Source: Acidimicrobiales bacterium
GTDB lineage: Bacteria; Actinomycetota; Acidimicrobiia; Acidimicrobiales; RAAP-2
Assembly: GCA_035949355.1 (NCBI GenBank)
Contig: DASZIH010000057.1
Span: forward strand, 48-64,047
Length of the DNA: 64,000 nt
Direction: 5' to 3'
In this document: piece after piece, positions 57,410 through 64,000 of the stretch
Numbering within the stretch: the stretch's first letter is position 1
Layout: every line of letters begins with the position of its first letter
Translations under genes and position numbers: made by a program
The notes under the pieces: model-generated
The model's input: the letters and a program-made list of their open reading frames with translations, nothing else
Database searches by the model: none
What the model was told of the DNA's origin: nothing

Positions 57410-58663
57410 GTGAAAAAGAAGTTGGCACTCGTCCTCTTGTTGAAGCACCGCGAACCGGCACTTTTGGTGACGGGACAAACGGTCTCCAACTTCGGTGACG
57501 GCGTGGCACTCGTCGCCCTCACCCTCTTGGTGTACGACACGACCGGCAGCCTCACGAAACTCGCGTGGTTCGCCGCAGCGCGCATGACGCCGCTCGTGAT
57601 CTTCCTTCTGATCGGTGGCGCCATCGTCGACAGATTCTCTAGAAGGACGCTCCTCATCATCTCCGACGTGGCCCGCGCCATCCTCACGGGCGTGCTCGTC
57701 GCGATGATCGCGACGGGCATCTTGCACTTTTGGGAACTGATGGTTTTTGGCGCGCTCTTTGGTTGCTTCGACGCCCTCTTCTTCCCGGCGATCTCAGCAC
57801 TCACCCCGGAGATCGTTCCCGAGGACCTCCTGACGGCCATGAACTCCCTGCGACCGCTTTCCAACAACTTGATGGGAGGAATGATTGGTCCCGCGGTCGG
57901 TGGTTTTCTCGCTGCGTACAGCACGAGCTGGGCCATGGGCGTGGACTGCGCCACCTTTGTCGTGAGCGCGACCGCGCTCTTGCTCATGAAGCCCACGCCG
58001 AGGCCAACTCGCAACGAAGCCAACTCGATGATCGACGACATCAAAGAAGGCGTCCACTACGTTCGCCGGACTCGTTGGCTCTGGACGACGCTCGTCGCCG
58101 TCGCGCTGGTGAACGCGTTCCTCTTCAGCCCGATGTTCGTACTGATTCCCTTCTTCTTGCTCCACAACCTGCACTACGCCAAGGTCTACGTTGGCTTCCT
58201 CCAGGTGGCCGCTGGCGTCGCGGGCGTCATCGGCGCTCTCGTCATGTCCAACCTCCCCTCTCCCAAGCGTCGCGTCCGAGTGATGTGGATCTATTGGACC
58301 ATCGGCACACTTTCGGCACTCATCATGGGCGTCGCCACGAATTTCTGGGAGATCATCTTCTTCCCCATCATCGCGTCGCCCATGATGATCTTCGGCAACG
58401 TGATCTGGGAGTCCATGATGCAAAGCGAGGTGCCGCGTGAACTCTTAGGTCGTGCTGGCTCGGTGGACTGGTTCGTGTCCCTCGGCGTCGCGCCCCTCGG
58501 ACTCGTACTCGCCGGTGAGATTGCGAACTACGTCGGAATTCGTACCTACTTCGTGCTGTTGAGTCTGATCTGCGTCGTACCGGGTCTCTGGATACTCAAG
58601 TCAAGACGAATCAACGAGATCGACGAGCGACGGGTGCACCCAGCGCCAACTGCGGCGCCGTAG
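57410..58663 (+). CDS. MFS transporter (DHA3-like)
   Basis: GQTVSNFGD, GAIVDRFSRR, VPRELLGR. Confidence 0.9.
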   Translation: MKKKLALVLLLKHREPALLVTGQTVSNFGDGVALVALTLLVYDTTGSLTKLAWFAAARMTPLVIFLLIGGAIVDRFSRRTLLIISDVARAILTGVLVAMIATGILHFWELMVFGALFGCFDALFFPAISALTPEIVPEDLLTAMNSLRPLSNNLMGGMIGPAVGGFLAAYSTSWAMGVDCATFVVSATALLLMKPTPRPTRNEANSMIDDIKEGVHYVRRTRWLWTTLVAVALVNAFLFSPMFVLIPFFLLHNLHYAKVYVGFLQVAAGVAGVIGALVMSNLPSPKRRVRVMWIYWTIGTLSALIMGVATNFWEIIFFPIIASPMMIFGNVIWESMMQSEVPRELLGRAGSVDWFVSLGVAPLGLVLAGEIANYVGIRTYFVLLSLICVVPGLWILKSRRINEIDERRVHPAPTAAP

Positions 58664-58940
58664 CGAGCGAGAGCCCGAGGACCCGCGAGCCCCTTTTCGC
58701 GCCGATTGGGTAGATCAGCTCGCAACGAAACGATCGACCTTTCGCCTCGCCGACCCTTCCCCCTCGGACTTCGATCCACTCTTCACTGGTTGCTTCGTTG
58801 ACGACGTGCGCCACGAACGTCCAGGTTTGACGTAACTCCTTCGGCGCGTTCACGACGACCTTGTCGCCGTAGCGCACCCCGTGCCACTCCGTCGAGCGCG
58901 CGATTTGGCCACGACGAGTAACGGTCGAGTCGCGTGCCAT
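58611..58940 (-). CDS. Hypothetical protein
   Basis: ATG after GGAG; globular-looking WHGVRYGDKVVV...EWIEVRGG..RSFR; fills the intergenic space. Confidence 0.6.
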   Translation of the reverse strand: MARDSTVTRRGQIARSTEWHGVRYGDKVVVNAPKELRQTWTFVAHVVNEATSEEWIEVRGGRVGEAKGRSFRCELIYPIGAKRGSRVLGLSLATAPQLALGAPVARRSR

Positions 58941-59001
58941 CTCTCCATTGTTGCGCAGGCCAACAGGCCCCCACGTCACATCACTGACGTAGCGTGGCGC
59001 C

Positions 59002-59793
59002 ATGGCCTTTGATCAACCGCTGCCCCAGTCACTTTCCCCTTCGCGCCTCGCCGACTTCCAGGCCTGTCCGCGGCGCTACCAGCACGCCTCGGTGGAACGA
59101 CTGCCCCAACCGGCGTCCTACGCCACGGCGAAGGGCCGCTTCGTCCACTACGTGTTCGAGAACCTGTTCCTGTTGGACGCCGACCAGCGCACGATTGAAA
59201 AGGCCCGTGAGTTCGTCACGCCGGCCCTCGAAGCGGTACTCACCGACGAGGTGCGTCTCGATATCGGTTTCGACGAGTCGATGCTGGCGCGACTGTTGAG
59301 CGAGACCGAGGCGATACTCCTGCGTTATTTCGAGATGGAAGATCCGACGACCGTCGCGCACGAAGGCGTGGAGTTACGGCTCGGCGTCGACGTGAACGAC
59401 ACACCTCTCTTTGGCATCCTCGATCGATTGGACCGGGACCCCGATGGCTCGTTGACCATCGTCGACTACAAGACCGGCGCACTGCCGAATCGCAACTACG
59501 ACAGCAAGACGTTCGCCAACGCCGAGCTTTACGCGGCGCTGTGCGAAGAAAAGCTGGGCGAGCGCCCGACGACCATCCGCTTGATGTACGTCGCGCACGG
59601 CCAATCGATTGAGCGCAACGTGACCGACGTCGTCGTCAAGGCCCGGGCGAACGCGGCCGCGGGTGCGTGGACGAAGATCAAGCGCTACTACGACGACGGG
59701 GACTTTCCCGCCACGCCCTCGTCGAACGCGTGCCGTTTCTGCGCGTACAAGGACCTCTGTCGCAGTCAAGGTGTGCCCGTCCCGTCGAGGTAG
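59002..59793 (+). CDS. PD-(D/E)XK RecB-family (Cas4-like) nuclease
   Basis: LSPSR..DFQACP, GILDRLD, IVDYKTG, ELY, CRFCAYKDLC. Confidence 0.9.
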   Translation: MAFDQPLPQSLSPSRLADFQACPRRYQHASVERLPQPASYATAKGRFVHYVFENLFLLDADQRTIEKAREFVTPALEAVLTDEVRLDIGFDESMLARLLSETEAILLRYFEMEDPTTVAHEGVELRLGVDVNDTPLFGILDRLDRDPDGSLTIVDYKTGALPNRNYDSKTFANAELYAALCEEKLGERPTTIRLMYVAHGQSIERNVTDVVVKARANAAAGAWTKIKRYYDDGDFPATPSSNACRFCAYKDLCRSQGVPVPSR

Positions 59794-59809
59794 TTCCTAG
59801 GCTGGCACC

Positions 59810-60406
59810 ATGCTTTCTTTTCAACTTTCCTACGACTATCGCTGCCCATTCGCAAAGAACGTCCACCTTCACGTGGTCACGGCCCTTCGCGCGGGTGCCA
59901 ACTTCGACGTGACCTTCGTGCCGTGGACGATGAGCCAGGGTTACAAGACCGATGGTGCCCCGGACGTCTGGGACGATCCGGCACGCGACGCGGAACTCTT
60001 CGCGCTCGCCGTGAGCACCTCGATCCGTGATCTACAGCCGGAGCACTTCATCGACGCGCACGAGGCTCTCTTTCGAGCGCGCCACGAGCAGGCCGTGCGC
60101 CTCGTCACGACCACGGAGATCTCGAACGTCCTTGGGTCGACGGGTGTCGACCTCTCCGAGGTTTTCGACGACGTCGAAACCCGTCGTCCCCACAAGGTGA
60201 TCGGCGAGAGCTTCCGTGAGTTCGATCGTTACGAGGCCTTCGGTGTGCCCACGTTCGTCGTCGGCAACGACGCGACGTTCGTTCGCTACATGAACGGTCC
60301 CAGTGAGGACGCCGGCGCCTCGATCGCCCTCATCGAGTCGCTGATCACCTTGATGAGCGACCAGAGCGCCCTCAATGAGTTCAAGCACACCAAGTTGCCG
60401 AGGTAG
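59810..60406 (+). CDS. DsbA-family thioredoxin-fold protein
   Basis: YDYRCPFA, ALFRARHE, FGVPTF. Confidence 0.8.
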   Translation: MLSFQLSYDYRCPFAKNVHLHVVTALRAGANFDVTFVPWTMSQGYKTDGAPDVWDDPARDAELFALAVSTSIRDLQPEHFIDAHEALFRARHEQAVRLVTTTEISNVLGSTGVDLSEVFDDVETRRPHKVIGESFREFDRYEAFGVPTFVVGNDATFVRYMNGPSEDAGASIALIESLITLMSDQSALNEFKHTKLPR

Positions 60407-60409
60407 GGA

Positions 60410-60775
60410 CTAACTGAGTCGAAGGATCAGCTCCGCTATCGCCAGCACCCCAAGGGCAAGCGCGGGCGCGAAGTACTTTGACTTGTCCTTCTTGCGCAGG
60501 TGGACGATGACGGCCAACACCATCATCACGAACAGTCCGCCAGCGGCGGCTTCGTTGAGAATCGCCAACAGCGATGAACCCTTGGCGGCGAGGCCGACCA
60601 AGACGCCGATCGCTCCGAGGACTTCAATGACCCCGATGCTGCGATACGAGCGCTTCGTGAAACCCAAGTGACCAGCGGCTTTGGACATCACGGGGTTGAA
60701 GATAATCTTCTGGCTCCCGGCCGAGGCGAAGGCCAAAAAGAGCAGGATGGAGAGAAGGGACGCGACGACTGACAT
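60410..60775 (-). CDS. DoxX family membrane protein
   Basis: FASAGSQK, IGVIEVLGAIG, VIVHLR; ATG after GAGGTG. Confidence 0.8.
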   Translation of the reverse strand: MSVVASLLSILLFLAFASAGSQKIIFNPVMSKAAGHLGFTKRSYRSIGVIEVLGAIGVLVGLAAKGSSLLAILNEAAAGGLFVMMVLAVIVHLRKKDKSKYFAPALALGVLAIAELILRLS

Positions 60776-60844
60776 GGATATATTCACCTCGGTAGGGCAA
60801 CTACCTTATACGAGCGACGAATGGACCCTTAAATGTCCACAAGC

Positions 60845-61756
60845 TCAGGCGCTCTGTTGGAACTCGATCAACGCTTCGACAGCTCCTTCGCGCTCTTCGC
60901 TCGTACCCGACGGCGCGCCAGAGAATTCGGTGACGCCCGCCTCAGCCAACTCGTGCAACTGTTCGAGCACGTGCTCCTTTGATCCAATGAGAGAGACGTC
61001 CGCGGGACTCGTGGCGCCTTCGCGCTCGATCATCGCGGCGTAGCTCGGCAACGTCCCGTAGACCGCGTAGTCATCGTTCAATCGTTCTCGGGCACCCGCC
61101 TCGTCGGCGGTGACCGCGATCGGCAACGAACACACGACGCGCGGGGCCGGTCGGCCCGCTGTCGAGGCCGCTTCTCGAATCGTCGGCACGATGTGCGTGG
61201 CGATCGTCTTGCGTCCGGTCATCCACAGGACGGTGCCGTCCGTCAGCGTTCCGGCGAGTCTCAGCATCTGTGGCCCGAGCGCCGCGATCAAGAGACTTGG
61301 TGCAACGACGTCCTTTGGTCCTAGCGGGCTCATCGTCACCGCCTTCACGCGCTCGCCCTGAGCACTGACGTTCTCTCCTCGGAGCATCGGCGCGAGCGCA
61401 TCGAGGTACTCGCGCATGTACTGAGCGGGACGTTCGAAGGAGAGGCCCCAGAGGCCCTCCACCACGACCTGGTGCGACAGGCCGATGCCGAGAGAAAGAT
61501 GGCCGCCAATGGCGTCTTGCACGGTGCGCGCTTGGGCAGCGAGCATCGAAGGGTGACGGGGCTGGATCGGCACGACTGACGTACCGAGATCCACGTCGGG
61601 CAGTTCGCGTCCGACGAGCGCGAGGACCGTCAACGTGTCGGGTCCAAAGATCTGCGAAGACCACAGACTTCGAAATCCTTGCTCGCGCAGCCGCGTCGCG
61701 CGTTCGATGGTCTTCTCCAACGGTCCGTCAGTGTTCAGTCCAATCGCAATTCGCAT
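60845..61756 (-). CDS. F420-dependent LLM-class oxidoreductase (TIGR03564-like)
   Basis: LGTSVVPIQPRHP, LGIGLSH, IAALGPQMLRLAG..TDGT.LW, LPSY. ATG 61756. Confidence 0.85.
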   Translation of the reverse strand: MRIAIGLNTDGPLEKTIERATRLREQGFRSLWSSQIFGPDTLTVLALVGRELPDVDLGTSVVPIQPRHPSMLAAQARTVQDAIGGHLSLGIGLSHQVVVEGLWGLSFERPAQYMREYLDALAPMLRGENVSAQGERVKAVTMSPLGPKDVVAPSLLIAALGPQMLRLAGTLTDGTVLWMTGRKTIATHIVPTIREAASTAGRPAPRVVCSLPIAVTADEAGARERLNDDYAVYGTLPSYAAMIEREGATSPADVSLIGSKEHVLEQLHELAEAGVTEFSGAPSGTSEEREGAVEALIEFQQSA

Positions 61757-61792
61757 TTTCGACGCTCCCTCAGGGCCACTAGCGTTTCTCTC

Positions 61793-62950
61793 GTGTCCGA
61801 CGTCACCAAACCTACTGTTACCTCTCACGTCGGCGTCGTGGGTGCCGGTCAACTCGCGCGCATGATGGGCGAAGCCGCTAGTGATGTGGGCGTTTCGATC
61901 ACGGTGCTCGCGACGTCGAACGACGACAGCGCCGTCGCGACGTGCCAAGCCGTCGTCATCGGCGCCGCCGACGACGAGCGCGCCCTTCGTGCACTCGCTG
62001 GTGACGTGGACGTGGTCACGTTCGACCACGAACTGGTCGACCTCGAACTACTTGGACGTCTCGAGGACGAGGGCGTCGCCGTTCGACCGAGTAGTGAGGC
62101 ACTTCGCTTCGCCGTCGACAAGGCGTTCCAACGTGAGACGTTCGAGAACGCCGACGTCGCGGTGCCGCGCTTTCTCGTCGTGCGTTCGTCAAAAGACGAG
62201 CGACTGGACCGGTTTCTCGACAGCCTTGTCACCTCACCCGTCGTGAAAGTGGCCCGAGGTGGCTACGACGGACGCGGCGTGGCCTTTCCGTCGACCCGAG
62301 GTGAGACGTACGAGTTGATCGACGACTTCGCCAACGCCGGCGACGTCGTCGTCGAGGAACGTCTCGAGTTGACGAGTGAAGTGGCTCAACTCGTCGCGCG
62401 ATCCATCGACGGATCGCTCGCCTTCTACCCACTCGTGACGACGGTGCAACGTGAAGGCATGTGCGTCGAGGTGAGATACCCGAGCGACGTCGACGGTGAC
62501 TTAGTGGACCAAGCACGACGTCTCAGTGAGCGCGTTTCGAACCTGGTCCGTGGTGTGGGCGTCATGGCCATTGAGTACTTCGTCACCGAGCGCGGTCTCG
62601 TCGTCAACGAGGTCGCGCTCAGGCCCCATAACACCGGTCACTGGACCATTGAGGGTGTGGCGACCAGTCAGTTCGCGCAACACCTTCGATGCGTCAGTGG
62701 TCAGTCTCTGGGTGACGTTACGCCGCTCACGACGCACGCCGTCATGGTGAACGTCGTGGGTGCGTCGGAACCCGGTTCACTCGACGCGGCGCGCGCGGTG
62801 GCCAACACCTACGTCCACGACTACGGAAAGTCGTGGCGTCCGGGCAGAAAACTCGGTCACGTCACCGCGCTCGGTGACGAGCCCACGGGTCCTCACGTGA
62901 GAGCATGGAACAGTGCCCGCGCGTACGGGACCATGACCCAGGAGATCTAG
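61793..62950 (+). CDS. purK: N5-carboxyaminoimidazole ribonucleotide synthase
   Basis: [43 protein letters not shown]. Confidence 0.93.
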   Translation: MSDVTKPTVTSHVGVVGAGQLARMMGEAASDVGVSITVLATSNDDSAVATCQAVVIGAADDERALRALAGDVDVVTFDHELVDLELLGRLEDEGVAVRPSSEALRFAVDKAFQRETFENADVAVPRFLVVRSSKDERLDRFLDSLVTSPVVKVARGGYDGRGVAFPSTRGETYELIDDFANAGDVVVEERLELTSEVAQLVARSIDGSLAFYPLVTTVQREGMCVEVRYPSDVDGDLVDQARRLSERVSNLVRGVGVMAIEYFVTERGLVVNEVALRPHNTGHWTIEGVATSQFAQHLRCVSGQSLGDVTPLTTHAVMVNVVGASEPGSLDAARAVANTYVHDYGKSWRPGRKLGHVTALGDEPTGPHVRAWNSARAYGTMTQEI

Positions 62951-63438
62951 TGCAGCCAGTCGTCGGCATCGTGATGGGCTCGTCCTCGGACCTCGAAGTG
63001 ATGAACGACGCGGCGACGATCATCGAGCGTTTCAAGGTGGAGTACGAGCTCCACGTGGTGTCGGCGCATCGAACGCCTGAAGCGATGCTCGAGTACGGAA
63101 AGAACGCGCGATCACGCGGCCTTCGCGTGCTGATCGCCGGCGCCGGGGGCGCGGCGCACTTGCCCGGCATGCTGGCGGCCGTGACGACGTTGCCGGTGAT
63201 TGGCGTGCCGGTGGCGCTCGCTCGACTCGACGGACTTGATTCACTGCTCTCCATCGTCCAGATGCCGCGGGGCGTACCGGTCGCGACGGTAGCGATCAAC
63301 GGCGCCACCAACGCCGGACTCTTGGCGTTACGCGTACTGGCGACGTCCAACGAAGCACTCGGCGATGAACTTGAGTCGTACCGTGAAGCGCTCGCTGGCG
63401 AAGCCCGAGCTCAGGACAAAGATTTACCCGGAAATTAG
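62950..63438 (+). CDS. purE: N5-carboxyaminoimidazole ribonucleotide mutase
   Basis: [41 protein letters not shown] overlap with purK. Confidence 0.96.
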   Translation: MQPVVGIVMGSSSDLEVMNDAATIIERFKVEYELHVVSAHRTPEAMLEYGKNARSRGLRVLIAGAGGAAHLPGMLAAVTTLPVIGVPVALARLDGLDSLLSIVQMPRGVPVATVAINGATNAGLLALRVLATSNEALGDELESYREALAGEARAQDKDLPGN

Positions 63439-63524
63439 GAAATACGCGCCGTTGGGCGTGGGGCGCGTTGACCACTACTTCGTTGGTTCGCTCTAGTCTG
63501 GGCAAGTAGCAAAAGGAGGCCCAC

Positions 63525-64000
63525 GTGGGCATTATGAAGCGCGTCCAGACGATTTTCCAAGCGAAGGCCAACGACGCCCTCAACAAGGCTGAAGACCCTC
63601 GCCAGACTCTCGACCTCTCGTACGAGCAGCAACTCGAGAACGTCACAAAGGTGAAGCGGGCCGTCGCCGACGTCGCCACTGCCCGTAAGCGCGTGGAGAT
63701 CCAGGCCGAGCAGTTGAAGAGCCAGGGCGACAAACTCGCCGAGCAGGCCAAGGCCGCCCTCGCTCAGGGCAATGAACCACTCGCCCGCGAGGCCCTCACT
63801 CGACGTGAGGCGATTGCGGGACAGTTGAAGGACCTCGAGGTCCAACACGCCTCCATTGACGATCAGCAGCAAAAGCTCGAGGCGACGGCCACCAAGCTCC
63901 AGAGCCAGGTCGAAGCGTTTCGCATGCGCAAGGAGACGATCAAGGCCACGTACACGGCCGCCGAGGCGTCCGCGCACGTCAACGAGGCCGTCAGCGGCAT
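63525..64000 (+). CDS. pspA: PspA/IM30 family protein (partial; runs off window end)
   Basis: Not in ORF track. GTG after AAGGAGG gives MGIMKRVQTIFQAKANDALNKAEDPRQTLDLSYEQQLE...ALAQGNEPLAREAL...KETIKATYTAAEA. Confidence 0.9.
   Translation, partial: MGIMKRVQTIFQAKANDALNKAEDPRQTLDLSYEQQLENVTKVKRAVADVATARKRVEIQAEQLKSQGDKLAEQAKAALAQGNEPLAREALTRREAIAGQLKDLEVQHASIDDQQQKLEATATKLQSQVEAFRMRKETIKATYTAAEASAHVNEAVSG

Noticed and set aside
59002-59793. Cas4-like gene as evidence of CRISPR-Cas
   Set aside because: No repeat-spacer array or other cas genes in the window; solo RecB-family nucleases are common in actinobacteria.

Overview
A GC-rich chromosomal window from an actinobacterium. An Acidimicrobiia-like lineage is inferred from gene content (ClpS-DUF2017, DesA, PimB-like GT4, F420-type LLM, NrdJ) but not proven. 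I see no integrase, transposase, prophage or CRISPR array. Left to right it holds: (1) a stress-like island (1-4.5 kb) with a tightly coupled acyl-CoA-dehydrogenase-like / PIG-L deacetylase / NodS-like methyltransferase / GT2 cassette of unknown product, a ferritin-like protein, an acidic repeat protein and a 51-aa membrane protein missing from the ORF track; (2) a beta-glucan utilisation locus (GH16, LacI with a clear promoter and two tandem operators, Opp-family ABC transporter, GH1); (3) housekeeping and metabolic genes (clpS, surE, arfB, MMSDH, acyl-CoA ligase, desA, MFS transporters); (4) a GH25-like secreted protein with triple repeats, a stand-alone prpD-prpF pair, and an FGGY kinase/flavoprotein triad; (5) nrdJ with two NrdR boxes, and glpK; (6) a run of small Cys-rich proteins with glbO, then tRNA-Gly(TCC), a YcaQ-like glycosylase, a Cas4/RecB-like nuclease, purK-purE and a partial pspA. 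Best candidates for undescribed biology are the four-gene cassette, the orphan PrpD+PrpF pair, and a set of secreted proteins (including the ABC binding protein) with no visible envelope anchor. All family assignments come from motif recognition by eye; no searches were run.
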